Positions 8,820 to 18,013 of a stretch of 64,000 bases of DNA are shown in pieces. The DNA is from an uncultured Eubacteriales bacterium. Its GTDB lineage: Bacteria; Bacillota; Clostridia; Christensenellales; CAG-138. The notes below the pieces were generated by a model. The model ran no database searches and had not been told where the DNA came from. It was given only the letters and a program-made list of their open reading frames with translations. Every line of letters begins with the position of its first letter. Position 1 is the stretch's first letter. The DNA is taken from contig CADAGD010000007.1 in NCBI GenBank assembly GCA_902787375.1, forward strand, positions 3,878 through 67,877, in the 5' to 3' direction. Made by a program: the position numbers and the translations under genes.

Positions 8820-9884
8820 TCATTCTCCGATTATGTTCACATGAAATGATGATGTGAAGCTTTGAGCGAGCGGTGCTGTAACGTATATATCGCCATCGTC
8901 CGTCATAAGTATCATGTCGAAGTCCTCACCGTATTCTTTCCAGTATTCAATGGAGCCTTCAAGTCCCATGACATAACATGCCGTTGAAAGCGCATCGGCA
9001 AGCATTCCGCTTTTGCTCACAATGGTCGTTGAGGAAAGCCCGCTTTCAGCAGGATAGCCTGTTTTGGGGTCGATTATATGGTGATAGCGTTTTGAGCTGC
9101 TTTCGTCGATAAAGAATCGCTCGTACGCCCCCGATGTTACAACCGCCCTGTCCTCGACCTCGACGACGCCAAGATAAACGCTCGAATCGGGATACATTGG
9201 ATGAGCTATACCGCAGCGAAACAGATTTCCATCCGTTTTTCTTTTATAGCATTGAACATTTCCGCCAAGCGAAACACAGCCTGAAACCATGCCGTAGCTA
9301 TCGAACACCTCCATCAACCTGTCCGATGTAAAACCCTTTGCTATTCCTCCCAGATCTATGCCATGTGCGTCGCCAAGCTCAAGACTGTCCTGTGTGAATA
9401 TCGGCTTTTCAAAGCCCACATGCTCAAGCTCCGATTCAAGTTCTTCCTTTTGCGGAACCCTGTACTCCGAATCGGTAAACCCCCAAAGCCGCATTATCGG
9501 ATATATGCTGATATCGAAAGCTCCATTCGTGGCACGTGATATTTCAAGCGCCTTTTCGATTATGTGCGCAGTATCCTCGCTTATCTTCGCTTTGCCAAAC
9601 GTGTTCACAGCGTTTATATCGCTTTCCTCTCCCGATACCGAAAGCAGAGCATCAAGCCTCTGTATCTCCGCTATTGCGGCTTCAAGTGCCTCCTCGCTCC
9701 TCTGTCCGCTGCATGTTATTTTCATGTAAGTATCCATTGCGAATACCTCACCGCTTGCAGTGTGTATTTGTTCCGCATTATTTGATGCGGTTCCTGCTGC
9801 GCAAGCCGCTGAAAGCATTGCAAGCAGGCTTATCAATATCGCCGAAATTACTGTTTTCATGCGTATTTTTTGAGTTTCTTGCAT
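8820..9884 (-). CDS. apbE: ApbE-family FAD:protein FMN transferase lipoprotein
   Basis: Lipobox LLAMLSAAC; AFDISIYPIMRLWGF and IDLGGIAKGF motifs; AGGAGG RBS 6 nt upstream of ATG 9884. Confidence 0.85.
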   Translation of the reverse strand: MQETQKIRMKTVISAILISLLAMLSAACAAGTASNNAEQIHTASGEVFAMDTYMKITCSGQRSEEALEAAIAEIQRLDALLSVSGEESDINAVNTFGKAKISEDTAHIIEKALEISRATNGAFDISIYPIMRLWGFTDSEYRVPQKEELESELEHVGFEKPIFTQDSLELGDAHGIDLGGIAKGFTSDRLMEVFDSYGMVSGCVSLGGNVQCYKRKTDGNLFRCGIAHPMYPDSSVYLGVVEVEDRAVVTSGAYERFFIDESSSKRYHHIIDPKTGYPAESGLSSTTIVSKSGMLADALSTACYVMGLEGSIEYWKEYGEDFDMILMTDDGDIYVTAPLAQSFTSSFHVNIIGE

Positions 9885-10363
9885 AGTATTCCTCCTATAA
9901 AACCTATCAGCGCACCGCTTGCCATACCGCTAATCCACAATACTGTCATATACCATGCTATTGCGGAAGTACTCATTATGAGCATGGCTGCAAGTATTTG
10001 CCCCAAATTATGGGCAACTCCTCCTACGGTACTGACAGCGGTTATCGAGAACCTGTTGGTTTTCTTCAAAAGTATCATAACGGCTCCGCTGAGAAGTCCT
10101 CCCGACATGCTGTAAACAAAGCTCAGGCCGTTTCCGAAGAGTATCGAGACTATCAATATTCTTACAATGTTAATAAAAACTGCACTTCTGCTGTCCTTGA
10201 GATACAGCGTTATCAGTACGACCGTATTCGTAAGTCCAAGCTTCATACCCGGCACGGCAAAAAAAGGAGGAAACTGCGCCTCAACATAGCTCAATATGAG
10301 CGCAAGCGCAATCAACATGCTGTAGACGGGTACGCTTTTTATTATTCTGTTTCTGTTATTCAT
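9857..10363 (-). CDS. Gx transporter family membrane protein (heptaprenyl diphosphate synthase component I-like)
   Basis: About five TM helices, PGMKLGLTNTVVLITLY segment; usual partner of NusG-II proteins as I recall the family. Confidence 0.65.
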   Translation of the reverse strand: MNNRNRIIKSVPVYSMLIALALILSYVEAQFPPFFAVPGMKLGLTNTVVLITLYLKDSRSAVFINIVRILIVSILFGNGLSFVYSMSGGLLSGAVMILLKKTNRFSITAVSTVGGVAHNLGQILAAMLIMSTSAIAWYMTVLWISGMASGALIGFIGGILCKKLKKYA

Positions 10364-10744
10364 CTATTGTCCGACTTCAATATCCACGGATGCATCGTCC
10401 GTCGCATCGCCTACTATCTCAATTACCACCTTATTGGGCAGGCATATAACGGAAGCTCCTGTATTGCGTATATGCCCCATATTAACACAAAGACCATCGG
10501 GACATGATGCGCTTTCTATCCATGCCTCTCCGTCCCTTACTATCAAAATGTTTTTTCCATTGTTAATTCCGTTTATCTCATATTCAATATTGTTTGAAAG
10601 GGGAAATGCAGTAATCAGCTCTCCGTCAACCTTTACTTCCACAAAGCCGCCCGGCTTTGCGGTAAACAGATTCCATATGATTACAGCAAAAAAAACCATG
10701 AGCAATGCCCCGAAAAGAATGAGGTCATTTTTATACTTTTTCAT
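10364..10744 (-). CDS. NusG domain II-containing protein
   Basis: TM anchor then VKVDGELI...ASCPDGLCVNMGHIRNTGASVICLPNKVVIEI; start ambiguous (ATG 10744 or 10798). Confidence 0.7.
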   Translation of the reverse strand: MKKYKNDLILFGALLMVFFAVIIWNLFTAKPGGFVEVKVDGELITAFPLSNNIEYEINGINNGKNILIVRDGEAWIESASCPDGLCVNMGHIRNTGASVICLPNKVVIEIVGDATDDASVDIEVGQ

Positions 10745-10820
10745 TGTCCTAAACAAGTTCACCGGTATGCGCGATGAAAGCTGTGCTGCATCACGCATAC
10801 CGATGGTAAAGGTTCAGAGC

Positions 10821-12551
10821 TTATGTGGGGAATGCTTCAAGCGAACCCATCGAGTATCGAAGTATCAGCAATGCATCGGTCGTATTTATGTTTCCGCTGC
10901 CGTTTACATCGCCTGCCGCTATCTGTGTATCGGTAAATTCGTCAAGTCCCATGGCAAACCTCAGCGCAAGTATAGCATCAAGTACGCTGACCTCTCCGTC
11001 GCCGTCAATGTCTCCAAGCATGGGAGGTATATAAACCGCTGTTGTCTTGCGGATTATATAGTTATCGCAAAGGAATTCAACCGTGACAGTCTTCTCCTCG
11101 TCAAGCGTCGAAACAAGCGCAATACTTCCATTTTCAACCGGAACATATATCGGCTGTACCCTTCCGTTTTCGTCAACATAGGTTTCGGTGAGATATGTCC
11201 TCTGTTTGCCAACGGAATAGTAGACTATCGCGGTCACGTTCTCGGCGTCTTCGGGAATGCCTGAGACACCTACACTTGCCGCATTGATGAACTCAGCCTC
11301 CACCTGACCTTTATAAACAACCGGAATGGTTTCGTCTGCTGTGTAATCATAAACGAAGTAATTACCCTGCTTGTCATTGCAGTAATAACGGATGGAGGTG
11401 ATGGTTTTCCCGTCAAGAACATCCACGTTATCGGCATTCCATGCTATGGAGTTATATGCCCAGATATTGTAAAGGTGGATCATACCCGCAGCATTTCCAT
11501 CCTCCGCGGTTATTATCATGGCGTTCACCTGCTTGCCTTGTAACTCGTCTGCGTTGATTATATCAAACTGAACATCACCCCAGTGGGTACTGTAGCTCAC
11601 ACCCATCTCAAGCTTTTCAAGCTCAACATGCTCATTCTCAACGGCGTTGAACTCTATTTCACCGTTGTTCAGAACCGCGCTCATATAATAAGCGGGTTCA
11701 TCATCAAGAATATAATACGAATACGAGGGAGCCTCCATCATCGAATCCCTTCCGACAAGCTCAACCGCGTTTGTGTTTCCATGAGCTGCCGAGGCAACTA
11801 TAACGGTACGATCGTCCGTTATCTCTATACCGCCAAGTGCTTCCGCAGAGTTGAGTACATCTGCGTCCTCTACATACACAGGCCATATAACTCCCTCAAG
11901 GTGAGCTCCATTTTCCTTGCCTACTGCAACTATGTTTCCTTCTTCATCATAATCCGCTGTCTGCGCGGAATGATATGATCCGCCTGCCTTATTGACATTG
12001 CCTACCTTGCTCGTTGCGGAGGACATGGCGTCAATATCGAATACAGATACACCCTCCGCATTATAGAACTTGTCATATGGAATGTTCATAAGAACATAGG
12101 TGCCGGGCTCCTCATTGTCAACTTTTGACAACGCATCGTTAACTGCTTCTATGAGAGCAACTGATGTACGGGTCGCTCCGGAGACGACGTCTATATCCTC
12201 GGTTGACTGTTTTTCAACTATCTGAGAAAGCGGGCTCGGATAGAAAACGCCTCCGCGCGTTCTCCCGTTTACGGCATAATTCCAGTATGGATCGTTATCC
12301 TCGTCATAGCTCTCTGAGTCATGCGCGGCGGTTATGGATTCTATTATGCTGCCATTCATCACCACATCGACAGTAAGACCATAGTCCGCAAAATCGCCCT
12401 CTGTATCGAGAACGGTCGCTTCACCGGTATAAGCCGCATCTCTCATTGTTGCATCAGCGGCAGCCACAGCTCCGGCACCGGAAAATGCACTGAATACCAT
12501 AAGAAAAGCGATTAAACCGGCACAAATCCTTTTAGGGTTACAATTCTTCAT
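10821..12551 (-). CDS. Secreted FMN-binding domain protein with C-terminal type I dockerin
   Basis: Signal peptide MKNCNPKRICAGLIAFLMVFSAFSGAGAVAA; DIDVVSGATRTSVALIEAVNDAL; C-terminal GDIDGDGEVSVLDAILALRFAMG...AGDVNGSGNINTTDALLILRYSMG duplicated Ca-binding dockerin repeats; start at ATG 12551 with AGGAAGG RBS. Confidence 0.85.
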   Translation of the reverse strand: MKNCNPKRICAGLIAFLMVFSAFSGAGAVAAADATMRDAAYTGEATVLDTEGDFADYGLTVDVVMNGSIIESITAAHDSESYDEDNDPYWNYAVNGRTRGGVFYPSPLSQIVEKQSTEDIDVVSGATRTSVALIEAVNDALSKVDNEEPGTYVLMNIPYDKFYNAEGVSVFDIDAMSSATSKVGNVNKAGGSYHSAQTADYDEEGNIVAVGKENGAHLEGVIWPVYVEDADVLNSAEALGGIEITDDRTVIVASAAHGNTNAVELVGRDSMMEAPSYSYYILDDEPAYYMSAVLNNGEIEFNAVENEHVELEKLEMGVSYSTHWGDVQFDIINADELQGKQVNAMIITAEDGNAAGMIHLYNIWAYNSIAWNADNVDVLDGKTITSIRYYCNDKQGNYFVYDYTADETIPVVYKGQVEAEFINAASVGVSGIPEDAENVTAIVYYSVGKQRTYLTETYVDENGRVQPIYVPVENGSIALVSTLDEEKTVTVEFLCDNYIIRKTTAVYIPPMLGDIDGDGEVSVLDAILALRFAMGLDEFTDTQIAAGDVNGSGNINTTDALLILRYSMGSLEAFPT

Positions 12552-12716
12552 TGTGTTCCTTCCTTTCATGATGTATGCTGTTTATACCGCAGGCAGTTAC
12601 CAGCCGCTAACTCCGCTTTTAAAATAAATGCGGTGCATCTGTCAACGACCGCAGTTTGTTTTCAAATGAGAGTAAAACAGGTTTTATTGCCAAAAGCATA
12701 AATCAACACCACGGTT

Positions 12717-12745
12717 AGTATAAGCTAACTTGAGTGAATTGTCAA
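12717..12745 (-). promoter_or_regulatory. Candidate promoter of the FMN/ApbE operon
   Basis: Minus-sense TTGACA (12740-12745), 17 nt, TATACT (12717-12722); about 150-nt leader. Confidence 0.45.
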
Positions 12746-12796
12746 TACAGAAAAACGCCTATTTTAGTATATTAATCTTTTTCATTTATCCGGGGC

Positions 12797-12945
12797 TGTT
12801 AAAGCTCCTGATGTCCGGATCATCTATGGGACTGCATGGTTAACCTGAACGCCGATATAAACGCCGCAGAGGTTGAACATGAAATATCATTCAAACAGGC
12901 TTGGTATCTCAGGCGAAAATACCTCAGAATGGTGGATGAGGATTG
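12797..12945 (+). pseudogene. Fragment of the small acidic protein family (copy 3, frameshifted and 5'-truncated)
   Basis: catctatgggactgcatggttaacctgaacgccgatataaacgccgcagaggttgaacatgaaatatca...ggtggatgaggattga aligns to the 3' half of 4994-5293 with a 2-nt deletion. Confidence 0.8.
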
Positions 12946-12989
12946 AGAACAGCCTTTTTGTATAAAAGAAAAGGGGCTATTGCACTAAG

Positions 12990-13168
12990 CCCCGGCGTTG
13001 AGGCAATATGCCGAAAAGACGGAGTGGTTGTTTTTCTTTATTTTGTTTATGTTTTTTGGCCTTTCACATGAAGTCGGTCGGGCTGCATGCTCCCCGACCT
13101 TCCCTGCGTAAGGGAAGGTGGCTTTGAGGCAGTATGCAGAATGCCGAAAAGACGAAAGGGTCGCTTTC
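12990..13168 (+). repeat. Intergenic repeat family K (two tandem partial units plus ccttccc-N-gggaagg hairpin)
   Basis: 13090-13168 is the reverse complement of 15829-15915 (gccgaaaagacgaaagggtcgctttcc, ccttccctgcgtaagggaagg); partial unit at 12990-13030. Confidence 0.8.
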
Positions 13169-13461
13169 CTATATCTCACTTGAGTTTTTTAGTTGCTTTC
13201 AACCCCTCAGTCATCCTCGCTCTGCTCGGCTGACAGCTCCCCTTGACAATGGGAGCCAAGTTAATTTGCAATTACTAAATTTCAAGAATCGAGAATATGA
13301 GGCACTTACTGAATGGATGCGTTATAAAAGCCCCAAGGGAAGGAAATCTCCTTGGGGCAAAATATTGGGGTTTTACAAAGGACATGCTGTTGGAAACCGC
13401 TTTATGGCGCGGAGGCAAAGCAATCCTTTTCGGTGTGAAGAATCAGCCGATCGGATCAGGT

Positions 13462-14679
13462 TCAATTGCCGCCAAGCAGGAGGTTGTACATAAGTGTTAT
13501 GTCGGATACGCTTATAACGCCGTCGTTGTTGAGATCGCCACTCGCCAAATTCTCAAGCGTCATGCCCGTCATATCGCCGTTTAGCAGATAGTAATAGAGA
13601 ACCGTCACGTCGTTGAACGTCAGCTCGCCATCGCCGTCGACATCGCCGGGGATGATCTCAGGCTCGCCGCCCGTGAATTTGGCGATGAATACCTTTTCGG
13701 TTCTGCCATTTATACTCCATTCGGCATCGGTTGAAAGCAATTCGCCGTCCTCGTTGTACCAGCCGAGGAAGCTCTCACGATCTTGAGGTACTGCATATAG
13801 CCAAGTAAAATTATAATTGAAGTTGCGGTAATAACCAATATATCCTTTTCCTTCTGTGTATATGCGGTCGATTGGAAGCTTCGTGTTGTTGCTCAAATCA
13901 AGCTCGGTCAGGTGGGTGTCTTGGCAATCCAAATTCCCAAGCGCGGTGCAGCCGCTCACGTCAAGCTCGGTCAGGTTGTTGCCGTCGCAATCCAAATCCT
14001 CAAGCGCGGTACAGCCGCTCACGTCAAGCGTGGTCAGGTTGTTGTCGTGGCAAGACAAATATGTAAGCGCAGTACAGTCGCTCGCGTCAAGCGTGGTCAG
14101 GTTGTTGTAGCTACACCACAAAGTCATAAGCGCGGTACAGCCGCTCACGTCAAGCGTGGTCAGGTTATTGGAGCCGCAATACAAATACACAAGCGCGTTA
14201 TTGCTGCTCACGTCAAGCGTGGTCAGATTGTTGAAGTCGCAATACAAAGTCTGAAGCGCAGTATTGTTGCTCACGTCAAGCGTGGTCAGGTTGTTGGAGG
14301 AGCACCACAACTCCTCAAGCGCGGTACAGCCGCTCACGTCAAGGAGTCCGCAAAGTCCGCAACTTTCTCCATATATTATTTGTATCCTGAGTTCGCCATC
14401 CGATTCAATCCATTGAAATCTTTGACCATTCCAATATGTTCCCCAAGTTGCGGGATCATTGGGATCATAATTATCACTCAGCTTTTCTCCGTTTTTCACG
14501 CCCTCATCGTCGGTCTGTTCGAGGAATGCGACGAGCTTCTGGTAGTCATTGTCGTTATAGCCTTCGGGGGTGGGATACCTCATAGTCGATTCGTCGAGCG
14601 CGAAAACGGGCAGAGCCGAAGCGACATTGAGGACTGCGAATACTGCCGCGATTACGGCTGCCAAGACACGTTTTTTCAT
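13462..14679 (-). CDS. Secreted leucine-rich-repeat (BspA-like) protein with C-terminal dockerin
   Basis: Signal peptide; about eight 22-aa repeats NNLTTLDVSGCTALxxLxC; C-terminal GDVDGDGELTFNDVTVLYYYLL...SGDLNNDGVISVSDITLMYNLLLG. Confidence 0.85.
   Translation of the reverse strand: MKKRVLAAVIAAVFAVLNVASALPVFALDESTMRYPTPEGYNDNDYQKLVAFLEQTDDEGVKNGEKLSDNYDPNDPATWGTYWNGQRFQWIESDGELRIQIIYGESCGLCGLLDVSGCTALEELWCSSNNLTTLDVSNNTALQTLYCDFNNLTTLDVSSNNALVYLYCGSNNLTTLDVSGCTALMTLWCSYNNLTTLDASDCTALTYLSCHDNNLTTLDVSGCTALEDLDCDGNNLTELDVSGCTALGNLDCQDTHLTELDLSNNTKLPIDRIYTEGKGYIGYYRNFNYNFTWLYAVPQDRESFLGWYNEDGELLSTDAEWSINGRTEKVFIAKFTGGEPEIIPGDVDGDGELTFNDVTVLYYYLLNGDMTGMTLENLASGDLNNDGVISVSDITLMYNLLLGGN
13885..14345 (-). 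repeat. Tandem 66-nt coding repeats (LRR units)
   Basis: Recurring gtcaagcgtggtcaggttgtt... units on the plus strand with 66-nt period. Confidence 0.8.
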
Positions 14680-15119
14680 GGTTTTTGTTCCTCCTCTTTT
14701 TTGATTTTGATGTTTTTGGCGGGCGTTGAAAAAATATATTTTTCAACAGGGTAACAGAAAAGCCTTCCGAAGCGCACAGCCCGAAAGCGATCCCCTTGGG
14801 GCAGGTTGCCCTGTCCCAATGACTTTCGGAAAACAAAAACGGCTATGTACCTTACATACACAGCCTCGCGCACCTCGGAAAGCTTCCATTGCTCCCAAAG
14901 AGGATGTTGAAAATGATTGAAACTTCCCGTATAATATGAATGCGTGTGCGGGTAATAAACCCGTTGTGTATGCGTGCCTTTCACATATGCAGGTCGGGAG
15001 GGTGCTGGTATCGCCTTCCCGACTGCCGCGTTATTCTGTTTCCGATATTAATTCTAATCCATTTTCTAAATATTGTCAACTGCATTTTAACGCGGATTCA
15101 TAAAAAAACGTCAATATTT

Positions 15120-15479
15120 TCAGACGCGCATCAGTTTTTCCTCCCACTCCGCCTCCCTAAAGCCTGTCAGCACGAGGTTTGCTCCGACAACAAGCGGGCG
15201 TTTTATCAGCATCCCGTCGGTGGAAAGCAGACGAAGCTGCTCGTCCTCTGTCATATCGGGCAGCTTTTTGGAAAGCTCCCGCTCCCGGTATTGGATGCCG
15301 CTTGTATTGAAAAAGCGTTTGAGAGGCAATCCGCTCATGGCATAATACCGACGAAGCGCATCCTCGTCAGGATGCTCCGCCTTTATGTCGATTACTTCAT
15401 GCTCTATCCCATGCTCATCCAACCATTGCAAAGCCCTTTTGCATGTGGTACATCTGCTGTAACAGTATACTTTTATCAT
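15120..15479 (-). CDS. ArsC/Spx/MgsR family protein
   Basis: MIKVYCYSRCTTCKRALQWL (CxxC), ...STDGMLIKRPLVV C-terminal signature. Confidence 0.8.
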   Translation of the reverse strand: MIKVYCYSRCTTCKRALQWLDEHGIEHEVIDIKAEHPDEDALRRYYAMSGLPLKRFFNTSGIQYRERELSKKLPDMTEDEQLRLLSTDGMLIKRPLVVGANLVLTGFREAEWEEKLMRV

Positions 15480-15621
15480 ATTAAAACAACCTCTGTTTTT
15501 TATTTTTTTCAGTAGTTAATGATTAACTGACTCTTTGGCAAGTGTCAGTTTAACCGCTTATAGCTTACAACCAATCTCTACCGCGCTGCCATTTGGTCGC
15601 AGGTTTAACATTTTAAGAGCC

Positions 15622-15822
15622 GGACTGCGGACAAGGCCCGCTTTCCTTGGCTTCCCCATTGAGGGAGACTCAATCTGACTGATGAGGTGGAAGAATCGGC
15701 TCCATCGAAAAAACAAATATTCGTTAAGCTTTTTGCCACCTCATCCACCACCGCTGAGGCGGCGGTTCCCCTTCCCCTCGTAGGGGAAGGCAGGCATCTT
15801 TAGCGCGTTTGGGGTTTGTCAG
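15622..15822 (+). repeat. Composite GC-hairpin repeat (family G), copy 2
   Basis: Colinear with 1451-1661, including tttttgccacctcatccaccaccgctgaggcggcggt and tttggggtttgtcagc. Confidence 0.8.
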
Positions 15823-15828
15823 CCGAGC

Positions 15829-15915
15829 GGGAAAGCGACCCTTTCGTCTTTTCGGCATTCTGCATACTGCATACTGCCTCAAAGCCACCTTCCCTTACGC
15901 AGGTAAGGTCGGGAG
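15829..15915 (+). repeat. Repeat family K, inverted copy
   Basis: Reverse complement of 13090-13168, with an extra catactg duplication. Confidence 0.8.
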
Positions 15916-16034
15916 CGTACAGTTCAAACGACCTTCATAAATCAAAAAAGCAAAGCAAGGGAAACAACCCCTCCGTCGCGGCGGCTTTACCGCGCCGCGC
16001 CACCTCCCCTGACTCAAGGGAGGCAGGTTGCTCG

Positions 16035-16252
16035 CCCGCTTTCCCTTTTGAAGGGAAGCTGTCAGACGCAGTCCGGCTAATGAGGTGGAAGCAACAGCTT
16101 TATCGAAAAAGCCAAGTGCTCATTGAGTTTTTGCCACCTCATCCACCACCGCTGAGGCGGCGGTTCCTCTTCCCCTCACAGGGGAAGGCAGGGTCGGCGA
16201 CAACTTCATCCCGTGTTGTGGCGATTCCCCTTTTCCTCGCAGGAGAAGGCAG
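16035..16252 (+). repeat. Composite GC-hairpin repeat (family G), copy 3 plus extra hairpin
   Basis: Colinear with copies 1 and 2 to 16193; extra ttccccttttcctcgcaggagaagg hairpin. Confidence 0.8.
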
Positions 16253-16349
16253 TTTTTTCATTCACGTTCTTACTCAGTATGGGCATATCAGCCCCAAAGC
16301 AAGCAAAAAGGCTGTCACACGGCAGCCTTTTTCGGTTTGAAAATCTGTA

Positions 16350-16724
16350 TTATTTATTAACTTCCTTGATCCACTCGGCTATCTCCTCGATGTCCTTCTG
16401 CTTGATGTTGCCATTAGCATAGAACGCCTTTATGAGATCAGCAATGGAAGCACCGGGTTCGCCGTTGAAGAGATGTCCTTTTGTCAGAGCAAGATATTCA
16501 GCACGGGTTACGCAAGGAACATATTCAAAGCTGCGAACACGCTTACCGACCATCTCAATGAAGCCCTTCATATGAAGACGATTAACGAATGTCTGAACCG
16601 TCTGGTAAGTCCATTTGTTTTCTCCAACAGCATGCCAAACATCCTTGATTGTGGTCGGCTTTTCCGCCTCCCAAATCTTAACCATAACCTCCAATTCGGC
16701 GGCGGAAACATCCTTAATAATCAT
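16350..16724 (-). CDS. BlaI/MecI/CopY family transcriptional repressor
   Basis: SAAELEVMVKIWEAEKPTTIKDVWHAV...WTYQTVQTFVNRLHMKGFI winged-helix signature. Confidence 0.85.
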   Translation of the reverse strand: MIIKDVSAAELEVMVKIWEAEKPTTIKDVWHAVGENKWTYQTVQTFVNRLHMKGFIEMVGKRVRSFEYVPCVTRAEYLALTKGHLFNGEPGASIADLIKAFYANGNIKQKDIEEIAEWIKEVNK

Positions 16725-16925
16725 ACAAACTCCCCTTTCATAAATATCTGTGTCTATTATATAACATTTTCATTCAATGTCAAGTTGTTTTTGACAAATT
16801 TTATAGATTATTTGAAAAAAAGCTTAATTTCATTATCAGTGCTAACGATTTTTTGCATTAACAGATACAGATTGAAAGTAAGGAATCATAAAGGCATTGC
16901 CGTTTTTTCCAGCAGAAAAGCTCCC

Positions 16926-17837
16926 TCAGCCCCCTATTTCCTGCAAAAGCAGCGCATACCTGAGCGCAGAACGAATCCTCAATTCCTTTAGTGAGGATGC
17001 AAAGGAAACCCTATCCGCGCTGTTTGCGGACGCCTGCTTAATATAGGAATCGAGTTCCGAATAGTATGTCAGAACGAGCTTCAGCATTTCACTCTGCTCC
17101 GCCGAGTCTGCTATTCCCGTCATGGCATTATCCACATTTGTCCTAAGCTCCGAAAGCACTTCAAGCCCGTATTCAACGCTTCTCGACTCCGCGTCAAAGT
17201 CGATGGAAAGCTCATCAAGCTGTGTTATCGCGTCCTCCGCCAACGTGAATGCTGTCCTTATCGGAAGCATCTTTTCAGCGTCTGCGGTTATCAGCAGATC
17301 GACGCCGTTCCTTGCTATGTGGTAAACTATGCAGTCGTGTCCCTCCGCTGAAACCCGCTCCTTAACGCTCTGAGCAGATGCTTCATCCGAGAAGGCTGCG
17401 GCTATAAGTCTTAGATCCCCATTGTCATTATAGACATACCCTGCCGCTCCCATTGCTTTAAGCTCCGCTGCGGCAGGAGCGCATTCTGTCTCCGTCTTAT
17501 AAAACCCCATCTGGATCATATAAACATCTATCGCCGGCATTGATATTTCAACCGTTTCTCCCGTGGGAGCCGCCGTAATGCTCGGAGCCTGCAAAGTTGC
17601 GTTCACAAGCGGATTTGATGTGCCGATAACCTCATTGTTCGCCGACGCGCTGCCTGACCTGCCCATGCAGCTATCAAGCAGCGACATAGCATATCCCTCC
17701 TTCATCCTCTTTCCAAGACCTGTTCCGAGTATCAGATACGCTGTAGCACCGAATATCAGCAGCAGGATAAATGCCCTCAAGCCCCCGCCCGCGCTCTCGT
17801 TTCGTCTTCTTGTACTCTTTCTCCGTCTGTATTCCAT
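16926..17837 (-). CDS. Membrane-anchored SPOR-like domain protein
   Basis: MEYRRRKSTRRRNE, TM helix, then YMIQMGFYKTETECAPAAAELKAMGAAGYVYND...AAAFSDEASAQSV; start at ATG 17837 with GGAGG RBS. Confidence 0.5.
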   Translation of the reverse strand: MEYRRRKSTRRRNESAGGGLRAFILLLIFGATAYLILGTGLGKRMKEGYAMSLLDSCMGRSGSASANNEVIGTSNPLVNATLQAPSITAAPTGETVEISMPAIDVYMIQMGFYKTETECAPAAAELKAMGAAGYVYNDNGDLRLIAAAFSDEASAQSVKERVSAEGHDCIVYHIARNGVDLLITADAEKMLPIRTAFTLAEDAITQLDELSIDFDAESRSVEYGLEVLSELRTNVDNAMTGIADSAEQSEMLKLVLTYYSELDSYIKQASANSADRVSFASSLKELRIRSALRYALLLQEIGG

Positions 17838-18013
17838 ATTGAGCCTCCGTGTGTTTTTTAATACTCTATGTTGGCTCAAGCAGGCATATGACGTAAAAAA
17901 TGTCGCGTACCTATCAGCACGCGACAACAGCTATTTGGCTTTGTTACCGCACGGCTTAATCCGACATTACGCGGCAAACAATTCACTTCAAACGGAAAAA
18001 AGCATTCTTCGCT

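Noticed and set aside
12570-12716. FMN riboswitch in the leader of the FMN/ApbE operon
   Set aside because: None of the conserved RFN-element blocks (e.g. GGGCAGGGUGAAAUUCCC, CCGACGG, GGAUGGGAGA-type) is present. Only weak hairpins are visible.
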